A stretch of DNA of 64,000 bases. Origin: Nitrospirota bacterium. Lineage in GTDB: Bacteria > Nitrospirota > UBA9217. Of the stretch, positions 8,575-17,825 are shown in pieces. The stretch spans positions 1 to 64,000 of the forward strand of contig OY760142.1 of NCBI GenBank assembly GCA_963663225.1, read 5' to 3'. A model generated the notes under the pieces. It was not told where the DNA came from. It worked only from the letters and a program-made list of their open reading frames with translations, and made no database searches. Each line of letters begins with the position of its first letter. The stretch's first letter is position 1. A program made the position numbers and the translations under genes.

Positions 8575-8943
8575 TTACTCGAAATAGCTCGCCGACGCTG
8601 TATCCGATTCCCACACGGTGACACTTGCCACCTCGATATTGTCATCGTTTACTTTCTTTGCCATATTATCATAAATCCATTTGGCCACATTTTCCGACGT
8701 GGGGTTAATCTGAGTGAAGGGGAAAATTTCATTTAAACAGGTATGTTCGAGCTGATCAAGCACTTCACGCAGCAACTTTTTCAGATCATGGAAATCCATG
8801 GCGATGCCTTGCTCGTCCAGGCGTTCGGCGGTCACGGCCATCGTAACGCGCCAGTTGTGGCCATGCAGTTTCTCGCATCCGCCCTGGTAACCCCGGAGTT
8901 GATGCGCTGCTGCAAATTTGGATTCAATCATAAGTTCATACAT
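8575..8943 (-). CDS. queD: 6-carboxytetrahydropterin synthase QueD
   Basis: FAAAHQL, CEKLHGHNW, PTSEN and VWES motifs. Confidence 0.95.
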   Translation of the reverse strand: MYELMIESKFAAAHQLRGYQGGCEKLHGHNWRVTMAVTAERLDEQGIAMDFHDLKKLLREVLDQLEHTCLNEIFPFTQINPTSENVAKWIYDNMAKKVNDDNIEVASVTVWESDTASASYFE

Positions 8944-9140
8944 GGAACTGGAATAATATGGTATACGTCATGAAAAGTCAATAAGTAAAAGCTGCTGACA
9001 AGCGGCCCGGTACAGGATCATCCCTTCCGAAACTTTTGGGGAAAAAATACGGAGGGAATATCCGACAATACGCTCCCGCAAGACCGAATCAGATGAAAAT
9101 TTTCTTGCAAAAGTCCAGAATTTCAGTTATGATTTTTTCA

Positions 9141-9617
9141 ATGGTAGTGCAGAAGGAAGAATCAAAACAATCCATAGAACCTCAATTTCTGGCGCAGGCG
9201 CAGCAAAAAGGCGTTACAGTTCGTATCGGACAGATGAACAAGACCGAGCGCGAAGGTATTATTCGCGACATCGGCCGATATGAAATAACTCTTGAGGAAA
9301 ACGGACGAATCATTACTCTCCTGAAGCAGGAAATTTCTTATCTAGCAGTTTCCCAGTCCAACTCTTTGATCCCCGCGCAACAGCCGGTCATCGCTGAAGA
9401 AGGCTCGCCCGAACCATCCACCGGCAGCAAACCGAATATCCAGCAGGAATTTCTGGACAAAGCCATTCGAGAAAATCAGATCCTTACTCTCTACCTCATC
9501 AACGGACAGCGTTTCAAGGCAACCATTACGGCATATGATAATTTTACCATCCTGCTCACCGAAGATGATAAACAACACCTGTACTATAAACACGCTATTA
9601 CCACAATTAACCGTTAA
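9141..9617 (+). CDS. hfq: Tandem two-domain Hfq-like protein
   Basis: The C-terminal domain NIQQEFL...LYLING...YDNFTILL...YKHAITTI is Hfq. The N-terminal domain SIEPQFL...EGIIRDIGRYEITL...LLKQEISYL is a degenerate Hfq fold. Promoter TTGCAA-N17-TATGAT sits just upstream of ATG 9141. Confidence 0.85.
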   Translation: MVVQKEESKQSIEPQFLAQAQQKGVTVRIGQMNKTEREGIIRDIGRYEITLEENGRIITLLKQEISYLAVSQSNSLIPAQQPVIAEEGSPEPSTGSKPNIQQEFLDKAIRENQILTLYLINGQRFKATITAYDNFTILLTEDDKQHLYYKHAITTINR

Positions 9618-9631
9618 TCGAAGAGGTCTTC

Positions 9632-10030
9632 ATGGAAACAAATCTTCTCGACAGAATGCTGGACACCTACCTGACCGGGCGGATACCGGTAACCATGACC
9701 CTTCAAAATAAGGTTCGAATTTCAGGAATTATAAAAGCGTTCGACAGCTATATTATTCTCATGGAAGGCCAGAAGCGTGAAATTGTGTATCGCCACGCAA
9801 TTTCCAGCATCTCCTCCGCTGTTGCGGGTGAGCAAAAGCAGAAACACGCGGCTGCCGATCCCGCGTCATCACCATCTCTCGATTCTCCCCAAACCGCGAA
9901 GCATGCTCCGCAAAAACGCGGAACAAAACACGTTCAACCGCCCTCCCCTGCGGCAAAACAGCAAAACCTTAATAATACGTTGAAAGACGGCCTCCTGAAA
10001 TGGATGCAGGAACAAAAGGCGGCAAAATAA
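9632..10030 (+). CDS. hfq: Second Hfq-like protein with long C-terminal tail
   Basis: NLLDRML...LQNKVRISGIIKAFDSYIILM...VYRHAISSI (Sm1/Sm2 motifs); SD GAGG. Confidence 0.85.
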   Translation: METNLLDRMLDTYLTGRIPVTMTLQNKVRISGIIKAFDSYIILMEGQKREIVYRHAISSISSAVAGEQKQKHAAADPASSPSLDSPQTAKHAPQKRGTKHVQPPSPAAKQQNLNNTLKDGLLKWMQEQKAAK

Positions 10031-10031
10031 C

Positions 10032-11594
10032 ATGAGTCTTCGCACCATCGTGCTGGCCGCTTTATCAGGTGTTCTTCTCGCTGCATCCTTCCCGTCTTTT
10101 GATGCCCATTTTTTAGCCTGGATCGCCTTTGTACCATTGTTATTTGCACTGCAAAAAAAAACCATCAAAGAAGGTTTCTGGCTCGGCGGCATCACCGGCA
10201 TTGTGTTTTTTACAGGTACTGTTTACTGGGTAACAAACTCAGTGCATTTCTACGGCGGCATCCCTATTGTTCTTGCATCACTCGTCACACTTTTACTCTG
10301 CGCTTATCTGGCCCTCTACCCGGCACTCTTCGGGGCCGCCGTCGTTCACCTCTGCAACCGCCACCCGGCCTTTTATATCATCATTGTTCCCGCACTCTGG
10401 ACGTCTCTCGAACTTGCCCGTACTTACCTTTTGAGTGGTTTCCCATGGTCGCTGCTGGGATATTCACAATATAAAACGCTTTCGGTTATCCAGATATCGG
10501 ACGTCGTGGGTGTTTATGGCGTTTCCTTTCTGGTTGTTTTGGTGAATACGGCCATTGCCGGAGTTTTCCTGAGCAAAAAGAAATATACCGGTTTTTTTAT
10601 CACCCTGATCGTCATGGCTGCTGTTCTTGGATATGGCACGCAGAAGCTGCGGGCTCCTGAGCGCACGGAAGAAATGATCGCATCGGTCGTCCAGGGGAAT
10701 ATCGAACAGGATAAGAAATGGGACCCTGCGTATCAGGCGGACACAATTGGGGTTTATAAAAGGCTGACGCTGGCAGCAAATACCCAGCATCCCGATTTGG
10801 TCATCTGGCCGGAAACCGCGACTCCGTTTTACTTTAACGGCGCCAGACAAAGCGACCAGCGTCTGACGACTGATCTGGTACAGTTTGTAAAGGAACACAG
10901 AATACCACTTCTTTTCGGCAGTCCCACGTTTGAGATAAAGCCCTCCAGAATGATCGTAGCCAGAAATTCAGCATTTTTTCTGTCGCCGGAAGGCGCTGTT
11001 ACGGGAACGTATCATAAAATACATCTGGTCCCGTTTGGAGAATATGTGCCGTTCAAAAGCATGTTGTTCTTCGTTGAAAAAATGGTTCAGGCCATCGGTG
11101 ATTTTCAGTCAGGGGACGAATTTACGGTTATGGAAATGCCATTGCAGAATTCCGGCAATCGAAGCATCAAGGTCAGCACGGTTATCTGCTATGAAATTAT
11201 TTTCCCCAATCTGGTCAGACAGTTTGTAAACCAGGGCGCGAACGTCGTGACAACAATAACAAATGATGCCTGGTTCGGCAGGACCGCGGCCCCCTATCAG
11301 CATTTTTCCATGGCTGTCTTTCGAGCGGTAGAAAACCGTGTGCCGGTTGCGCGTGCGGCCAATACCGGGGTCTCCGGTTTTATTGATGCCCATGGGCATA
11401 TTCTGAACACGTCCGGCATTTTCAGAGAAACATTCCTTACACAAAAAATCAATGTCGGTGCAGAGAAGACCTTTTATACCCGCTATGGCGATCTTTTTAG
11501 TTATGCCTGCCTGCTTTTTATCCTTCTGATGCTGGTTCTAAAACCGTATTCTCCCTCACGCGTTCACGGCGCCTCTCAATCAAAAAAGCCGTGA
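10032..11594 (+). CDS. lnt: Apolipoprotein N-acyltransferase
   Basis: GFPW, QGNI, WPET, KIHLVPFGEY, ICYE, TNDAWFG and RAANTG motifs. Confidence 0.97.
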   Translation: MSLRTIVLAALSGVLLAASFPSFDAHFLAWIAFVPLLFALQKKTIKEGFWLGGITGIVFFTGTVYWVTNSVHFYGGIPIVLASLVTLLLCAYLALYPALFGAAVVHLCNRHPAFYIIIVPALWTSLELARTYLLSGFPWSLLGYSQYKTLSVIQISDVVGVYGVSFLVVLVNTAIAGVFLSKKKYTGFFITLIVMAAVLGYGTQKLRAPERTEEMIASVVQGNIEQDKKWDPAYQADTIGVYKRLTLAANTQHPDLVIWPETATPFYFNGARQSDQRLTTDLVQFVKEHRIPLLFGSPTFEIKPSRMIVARNSAFFLSPEGAVTGTYHKIHLVPFGEYVPFKSMLFFVEKMVQAIGDFQSGDEFTVMEMPLQNSGNRSIKVSTVICYEIIFPNLVRQFVNQGANVVTTITNDAWFGRTAAPYQHFSMAVFRAVENRVPVARAANTGVSGFIDAHGHILNTSGIFRETFLTQKINVGAEKTFYTRYGDLFSYACLLFILLMLVLKPYSPSRVHGASQSKKP

Positions 11595-11708
11595 GCCCTG
11601 CGTCCTGTCTCGCGCACATGCCCGGACGTGTCGGGACATCGCGGAACAATGCTTCAAACTCCGTTGTTTCCCGCAGATAATTTAGGGTAAAGAAATGCGA
11701 AACAGGCA

Positions 11709-12461
11709 TTACAAGGAAAAAACCGTCTGAAGAAAATCCGTGGATTTCAATCTTTTGCCGAGAAGATGGAATATATATGCAGTGAATATCTGTCCCAGTT
11801 CCTGCACTATCGCGGGAGAAGGCTTCAGCCGGGATATCTTATCCATATCCATTCGTAATGCTTGATAATAGAACCCTACTGTTCCCGGTGAAACTTTCAA
11901 GTCGGTGTCTCCGGAAGAGACCAGGCAAGACGCACACAATACCTCGCCTTTTAATCTGAGAAAGACGACATCCCCTTTCGGCTGGTTTCCGCAGGAGCAA
12001 CATCTGTCCAATCTGGGTTGATATCCGAGAAGCGAAAGAAACTTGATCTCAAATACCCTGAGCAAAAAAACAGGATTTTCCCCTGCGTTCAGGAGGGTTA
12101 TGGCATGCGAAAGAAGCCGAAACACTGCTGAGTTCCCTTCACCGGGCGGGGCCAGTTCTTTTATGAGTTCCAGAATGACAGCACCCGCGGCGGCGCACAA
12201 GAGATCATTGCAAATAGCAGCGGGTTGCGTGGTGATGTCAGCAGATTCGATTCTGAGAAGTTCCTGGTGTTCCCGTTCATATAAATGGAGTCGGCAGGTT
12301 GTGAAGGTCTCAAGGCCCGCCCCGAAACGTTTGAAAGATTTGCGGGCGTTTTTCGCGACCCCTTTCAGCAAACCCCGTTCTGCTGAAAAAAAGGTGACGA
12401 GTTTATCAGCATCTCCGAGGTTCATGCTGCTGACAATGATGGCTTCAGTTTTGGACTTCAT
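11709..12461 (-). CDS. recO: DNA repair protein RecO
   Basis: N-terminal OB fold (GDADKLVTFFS...AKNARKS.KRF) and Zn-finger CSCG...CASC. Confidence 0.95.
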   Translation of the reverse strand: MKSKTEAIIVSSMNLGDADKLVTFFSAERGLLKGVAKNARKSFKRFGAGLETFTTCRLHLYEREHQELLRIESADITTQPAAICNDLLCAAAGAVILELIKELAPPGEGNSAVFRLLSHAITLLNAGENPVFLLRVFEIKFLSLLGYQPRLDRCCSCGNQPKGDVVFLRLKGEVLCASCLVSSGDTDLKVSPGTVGFYYQALRMDMDKISRLKPSPAIVQELGQIFTAYIFHLLGKRLKSTDFLQTVFSL

Positions 12462-12486
12462 AGATTCATATCGGTCGGGAGCCTGG

Positions 12487-13134
12487 TCAATTACCGCAAA
12501 CTCCGTCTATTTTCCCGTCACCTTGCGAAATCCTCCGCTTTTGCTTTCTTTTGTGGTTCCAGACATACAGAAGAGCGATAACGATACTCAACAGTACGGC
12601 TCCGATGAGCGCCTGATGAGAATAACGCATGATCAGTTCACGGTTTGCCCCGATAAAATACCCGATGTACGACAGGACGGTAACCCAGAGGCCGGCGCCG
12701 AAAAGTGTATAGAGGGAAAATTTTACATGATTCATGCCCGCAAGGCCCGCAGGGAGCGATATGAGATGACGCACCACGGGAAGGAGTCTGCCGATGAAGG
12801 TAGATACTTCGCCATGATTTTTAAAAAACAACTCAACTTTTGCGAATTTTTCTTCCGTAATCCAGACATATTTCCCGTATTTCAGCACGAGAGGCCTTCC
12901 CAGATACCGTGCGGCGAAATAGTTGGCGTAGGCGCCAAGAAGGCTGCCGAAGGTGCCGCAAAGAATGACCACGGTCATATCCATCTGCCCCTGCTGGGCA
13001 AGGTACCCGGCCGGCGGCATGACCAGTTCACTCGGGACTGGAATGATGGAGCTTTCCATGGCCATCAACAAAAAAATGCCTGGATAGCCGAGCGCACCGA
13101 TGGTTGCGACAAGCCACTCAATAATTTCCTGCAC
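12487..13134 (-). CDS. dedA: DedA family membrane protein
   Basis: ESSIIPVPSE and GRLLPVVRHLISLPAG motifs. Confidence 0.93.
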   Translation of the reverse strand: MQEIIEWLVATIGALGYPGIFLLMAMESSIIPVPSELVMPPAGYLAQQGQMDMTVVILCGTFGSLLGAYANYFAARYLGRPLVLKYGKYVWITEEKFAKVELFFKNHGEVSTFIGRLLPVVRHLISLPAGLAGMNHVKFSLYTLFGAGLWVTVLSYIGYFIGANRELIMRYSHQALIGAVLLSIVIALLYVWNHKRKQKRRISQGDGKIDGVCGN

Positions 13135-13136
13135 GA

Positions 13137-14039
13137 TTACTCCCCTTCCGTGAGTATCCCGATATTTTTCAGCATACGATCGTCTTCACGCCACCCTTTT
13201 TTCACCTTAACCCACAGTTGAAGAAATATTTTGGTTCCCAGCAGTTTTTCCGCATCCAGCCGGGCAAGCGTGCCGATCTGCTTGAGCATATTTCCACCTT
13301 TGCCTATCAGAATGCCTTTTTGTGAGTCCCGCTCCACGTAGATAACCGCGGTAATGCGCGTAATCGCCGTTTCTTCCTTCATATCTTCGATGGAAACTGC
13401 CGTGGAATACGGGATTTCTTCCTGGGTAAGTTCGAACACCTTTTCACGGATGATTTCAGCGATAACAAATCGCTCCGGCTGGTCGGTCAACTGGTCATCG
13501 GGAAAATATTTCGGTCCGTGAGGCAGCTGCTTTTCGATTATTTCCACAAGGCCGCCGAGATCATTCTGGAGTGCTGAGACGGGAATAATTTCCGCGAACG
13601 AATACAGTTTGCTGCATTCCCGCATCAGGGGGAGGAGCGATTCTTTTGCGACAAGATCCGTTTTATTGATGAGAAGAAAAACCGGCGTATGGACCGCTGC
13701 AAGCGTCTCAATGATAAACTTGTCTCCCGCGCCAGGAGGATCCGTTGCTTCAACCAGCATCAGGATCAGATCCACTTCGTTATAGGTTGCAAGCGCAGTT
13801 TTGACCATCACCTCGTTCATCCGGTGCATGGGCTTGTGGATGCCCGGTGTATCCATAAACACCAGTTGAGCATTCGGTCGGTTGACAATACCGAGAATAC
13901 GATTGCGCGTTGTCTGAGGTTTGTCGGATATAATTGCGATTTTTTCGCCGAGAAGAGCGTTTAAGAGTGTTGACTTGCCGACGTTCGGCCTGCCGATAAT
14001 CGAAATAAAACCTGATTTGAATTTTTGTGCATCTGCCAT
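13137..14039 (-). CDS. era: GTPase Era
   Basis: GRPNVGKST, PQTTR, DTPG, NKTD, and KH domain ILIGKGG. Confidence 0.97.
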   Translation of the reverse strand: MADAQKFKSGFISIIGRPNVGKSTLLNALLGEKIAIISDKPQTTRNRILGIVNRPNAQLVFMDTPGIHKPMHRMNEVMVKTALATYNEVDLILMLVEATDPPGAGDKFIIETLAAVHTPVFLLINKTDLVAKESLLPLMRECSKLYSFAEIIPVSALQNDLGGLVEIIEKQLPHGPKYFPDDQLTDQPERFVIAEIIREKVFELTQEEIPYSTAVSIEDMKEETAITRITAVIYVERDSQKGILIGKGGNMLKQIGTLARLDAEKLLGTKIFLQLWVKVKKGWREDDRMLKNIGILTEGE

Positions 14040-14172
14040 GGGGGGTAGAATACCTGAAATTCCTCAGTCGCGCAACAGAAAAGCCGCGGAAAGGGGACTG
14101 GCAACAGGAATACAAGGCAAATTTGTCTGAGTCGATGGGGCCATCGGCCAACAGATATCAGTCCCGGTCAGG

Positions 14173-14709
14173 CTACGGCAAACCGCTCGACGCTGAGAGC
14201 ATGGTGGAAAAATATTCGGCCTTATTGTCTTTATAATGCTTCATAAGGTTGTTAATTACCAGATTTCTGCCGTTAGGAAGCCTGAACTTCGATTGATGTT
14301 TATAGACAAACCATCCCCTGAAAATAATGAAATAAGGCACCTGTTCAGAAGTCAAATGTATATATTTCTCGACCGCATCAAAAAGAAAGAGTTCGTTGAT
14401 ATGCGGATTGAAATTGACAAGCGCCTTATCATCATTGCTTATCATCTGAAACGATTTCCTGGATTCTTTTATCGCCTTCTGTATTTCTTTTTTGTATTTA
14501 TCCCGTATTACCAGGTTGTCAATCTGCCCTGAATTGTCATGACGGACATTGAGGCTCTTCTGAAGATTTTCAAGTATGCCATGAGATGCGCCTGCCAGCG
14601 TATAAATGGACATTGGATCTGCATCGTTAAAATAGAGTCGTATGGCAGTTTCCAATTGACGTTTGGCCGCATCTAATTTTGATACTTTTACGTTTGATTT
14701 TATCGGCAT
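14173..14709 (-). CDS. Conserved hypothetical protein (KLDAAxRQLETAI family)
   Basis: 178-aa ORF whose N-terminal motif KLDAAKRQLETAIRLYF...DPMSIYTLAGA recurs in accessory regions; function unknown. Confidence 0.65.
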   Translation of the reverse strand: MPIKSNVKVSKLDAAKRQLETAIRLYFNDADPMSIYTLAGASHGILENLQKSLNVRHDNSGQIDNLVIRDKYKKEIQKAIKESRKSFQMISNDDKALVNFNPHINELFLFDAVEKYIHLTSEQVPYFIIFRGWFVYKHQSKFRLPNGRNLVINNLMKHYKDNKAEYFSTMLSASSGLP

Positions 14710-14792
14710 ATTTGGAATACCGTCGTTTCCCTAAGTTCAACCGGGTCTTTGGGCAGTTGAAAGAAAAATACTTTTTGCGCTGTTTTGTGAAG

Positions 14793-14936
14793 CTACGAAG
14801 AACGTCTGCGATTGACGGAAGCTCTTCGTTCTGTCCCGTTTCTACGTTCGGGTCCATTATAATTTTGATTATTCAATTTTCGTCTGTCGGGATTCTTTCT
14901 CCGGTTGTCCCCTGACCTGCGTTCTTTTGTTTCCAT
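14793..14936 (-). CDS. 47-aa ERR/DRR-repeat microprotein (missed by ORF track)
   Basis: METKERRSGDNRRKNPDRRKLNNQNYNGPERRNGTERRASVNRRRSS; SD GGGGAG upstream of the ATG. Confidence 0.7.
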   Translation of the reverse strand: METKERRSGDNRRKNPDRRKLNNQNYNGPERRNGTERRASVNRRRSS

Positions 14937-15000
14937 AATCTCCCCCTATCTTTGTATTTACGAGAAGCATGCAACGTATTTTGTTGAAAGTAATTCTGCG

Positions 15001-15155
15001 AGTGGAGCCCTTTTCCGGCAGGAGCCTGAGGCTCCCTCAATAAACGCTACCTCCCGCTTGTACCCAGCGTTAACGAGTGCGATGCGCGAGTGCAGGGCAC
15101 GACTTACTGTATTTCTTCCCTAGCAGAAGCCAAGGGATTCCCTGTCTCAGGGATT
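15001..15155 (-). mobile_element. IS200/IS605-derived miniature element, copy 2
   Basis: Homologous to copies 1 and 3; two hairpins plus a 49-nt core identical to copy 3. Confidence 0.65.
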
Positions 15156-15298
15156 GAGAAGAATGGAAAAATTCTGACCGCAAGCCAACAACAGCTTTAT
15201 CAATTATTAATCTAGAATATGCTAAATAAATAAAAAAGGCAAGATTTTACAAAACACAACAGTTGAAATTTTTTGTCTTATATTTTCGAAATTTATTT

Positions 15299-15452
15299 AG
15301 TGGAGTCCCCTCCGGCAGGAGCCGGAGGCTCCTTCTATAAACGCGACCGCTCGCTTATACCCAGCGTTAACGAGTGCGATGCGCGAGTGCAGGGCACGAC
15401 TTACTGCATTCCTCACCTGGCAGGAGCCAAGGGCTTCCCTGTCGCTGAGATT
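15299..15452 (-). mobile_element. IS200/IS605-derived miniature element, copy 3
   Basis: Perfect hairpin CCTCCGGC-TCCT-GCCGGAGG, preceded by GGAG and followed by CCAC on the minus strand. Confidence 0.65.
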
Positions 15453-15842
15453 AACTGGCATAATTAATGCTTAATAAATCACGAAATTATTCTTAATTTT
15501 TTTTCATTCAAACGATAACGAATATCTGCATATTACCGAAATTAATAATGCTAAAAAAAATTACAAGCGCCTTAGCCTAGTAATTTGTTCCAGATATTTT
15601 GACAAAAAATATATTTTATATTAAAAATCAATTACATATAGAAAGTATTCCATAATATTTTAAAATTATGAGTATGAGCAATGGCTTACCGAAATAACCT
15701 ACTGCAACAAAAGTAATACTTGAAACAACTATACATATAATTAGAATTGAGTATTTTTCCCTTCAAAAAAACACTACCATGTGCTAAATTGAAACATAAG
15801 TAGCGTTCTGTAACGTTTCATTAATAAAACACGAGGACATCT

Positions 15843-17786
15843 ATGGCAGAAATATGCGTTATAGCTCCCTACGAAGATTTATCACATACGGTTTTCCAAG
15901 TAAGCCAGGAAATGAAAATGGACCTGGATATCAGAGTAGCGCGCTCTACCGAAGGGGTGATTGCCGCACGTGAAGCGGTAAAAAACGGCTGCCATGTACT
16001 GGTGAGTCGTGGCGTTACGGCCTGGCTTATCCAGCAATCGGATATAGAAGCACCGGTAGTAGTAATCCCTATTGGAGGCTATGATTTACTGCGTGCTTAT
16101 TACCAAGCCAAGGATCTCGGCGGGCCTATCGCTGTCGTGGATGTTCCCGAAGTAATACAAATGCTGGAGAGTCTTGAGAAGATCATTGGTGAAACATTCA
16201 TTAAATACACTTTGGTGAACCAGGCAGACGACATATGCAGAGGCGTCCAAACGGTAAAAGAGGCTGGTGCGCAGGTAGTGATTGGGAAAATTGCCATGGC
16301 ACGTGAAGCACATAATTACGATCTTAAAAGCGTAATTTTTAACTCTGGCAAGGAATCCGTCAGTCAGGCATTAAAAGAAGCACAAAGAGTATTCTCTGTC
16401 TATAAACAGGAAAAACGCAGGTCAGAGCAGTTGAACGCTATTCTCGATTTTGCTTATGATGGTGTAATCGCGCTCGATGAGGAAGGTCATATCACTGTTT
16501 TTAATCCAGTTGCGGAAAGACTCTCCGGATGGAAGGCGGAAGATGCCATAGGACGCAAAGTTACCGATATCATACCAAAAGCTCATTGTCAATTTTTACT
16601 CAAAACCAGTAAACCTGAACTTGGCGAAATTCTCGAACTCGGCAATAACAGGGTTGTCGCCAATCGAGTACCCATTATTGTGGATGGCAAAACAGTCGGA
16701 GTGGTATCAACATTTCAACATATAACACAGCTTCAGAATCTTGAACACAAAGTCCGCCGCATTCTTTCAGAAAAAGGACACGTTGCAAAATATACTTTTG
16801 AAGATATCATCGGTGAAAGCGAAGCAATGCGGGAAGTTACCAGCATAGCGCGGGAATATGCAGCCTCACAAGCCACAATACTCATTCACGGAGAATCAGG
16901 GACAGGCAAAGAGATGTTTGCCCATGCCATGCATCTAGTCGGCCCCCGTCGTCAAGGCCCTTTCGTCGCGATCAATTGCGCCGCTATGCCTGAGAACCTT
17001 TTGGAAAGTGAATTATTCGGCTATAGAGAAGGCGCCTTTACGGGTGCCCGTAAAGGAGGGAAGCCGGGACTGTTCGAATTGGCCCATAACGGCACAATAT
17101 TCCTCGATGAAATCGGAGAGATGTCTCCCCGGCTGCAAGCCCGGGTTCTTAGAGTGCTGGAAGAACATGAAATCATGCGTTTAGGTGATGATCGCATCAT
17201 CCCCGTAGATATCTGGGTCTTTGCTGCCACCCATCGGAACCTCAAAACCATGGTGCGAGATCAAACTTTCCGAGAAGACCTCTACTATCGCATCAACGTT
17301 CTCACACTCTCCATCCCTCCTCTACGGGAGCGGGGAGCTGATATTATCATCCTTGCAGAACGGTTCGCGCAGGAATTCTATCGTGAGCTCAACCGGTCCA
17401 TCCCCCACTTTACTCAGGAGGCGTATCGAGAGTTATTGCTCTATCCTTGGCCCGGTAATATTCGCGAACTGCGCAATGCCATGAAACGACTTTCTCTACG
17501 TTTCAATTGTGATACAGTTGGAGCCAAGGAAATCATGAGAATCCTCGAATTAGAACCAAGGTCGTGCGAAGAAAAAAAAGAACTCGGAAGAGCAGTAAAA
17601 AACGTTCCCGATGAAAAACATATAGGAAAATCACGCTTATCAGCCCATGTTGGTCGCCTTGAAAAAAGCCTTATTGAGAAAACCCTCCAAGAAACAATGG
17701 GTAATAAAGCAGAAGCTGCAAAACGGTTAAATATAAGCAGAACAACTCTGTGGAGAAAATTGCGTACAGATGAATATTCTGCATAA
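15843..17786 (+). CDS. PrpR-type sigma54-dependent activator (PrpR_N, PAS, AAA+, Fis HTH)
   Basis: N-terminal SRG motif, GESGTGKE, GAFTGA, FLDEIGE, WPGNIREL and ISRTTLWRK. Confidence 0.93.
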   Translation: MAEICVIAPYEDLSHTVFQVSQEMKMDLDIRVARSTEGVIAAREAVKNGCHVLVSRGVTAWLIQQSDIEAPVVVIPIGGYDLLRAYYQAKDLGGPIAVVDVPEVIQMLESLEKIIGETFIKYTLVNQADDICRGVQTVKEAGAQVVIGKIAMAREAHNYDLKSVIFNSGKESVSQALKEAQRVFSVYKQEKRRSEQLNAILDFAYDGVIALDEEGHITVFNPVAERLSGWKAEDAIGRKVTDIIPKAHCQFLLKTSKPELGEILELGNNRVVANRVPIIVDGKTVGVVSTFQHITQLQNLEHKVRRILSEKGHVAKYTFEDIIGESEAMREVTSIAREYAASQATILIHGESGTGKEMFAHAMHLVGPRRQGPFVAINCAAMPENLLESELFGYREGAFTGARKGGKPGLFELAHNGTIFLDEIGEMSPRLQARVLRVLEEHEIMRLGDDRIIPVDIWVFAATHRNLKTMVRDQTFREDLYYRINVLTLSIPPLRERGADIIILAERFAQEFYRELNRSIPHFTQEAYRELLLYPWPGNIRELRNAMKRLSLRFNCDTVGAKEIMRILELEPRSCEEKKELGRAVKNVPDEKHIGKSRLSAHVGRLEKSLIEKTLQETMGNKAEAAKRLNISRTTLWRKLRTDEYSA

Positions 17787-17825
17787 TGAAACATTGCGTA
17801 ACGCTTATGTTTCTTTTTTGAAACG
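17787..17825. promoter_or_regulatory. Candidate upstream activator site for the PrpR-like regulator
   Basis: TGAAACA at 17787 and palindrome TGTTTC-N6-GAAACG at 17808-17825. Related half-sites TGAAACA/CGTTTCA occur at 15790-15820, upstream of the regulator gene. Confidence 0.5.

Noticed and set aside
12043-13221. 392-aa plus-strand ORF and other long antisense ORFs (e.g. 21005-21772, 48593-49339, 50812-51543)
   Set aside because: These are shadow frames opposite well-supported genes (recO/dedA, porA, phoU, arnT) and show no motifs.
14173-14709. Possible HEPN-type toxin or defence gene
   Set aside because: No intact RxxxxH motif and no partner gene are visible, so it is left as hypothetical.
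15001-15452. Two repeats separated by unique sequence as a CRISPR or mini-array
   Set aside because: The units are about 155 nt, only two are adjacent, and there are no cas genes.
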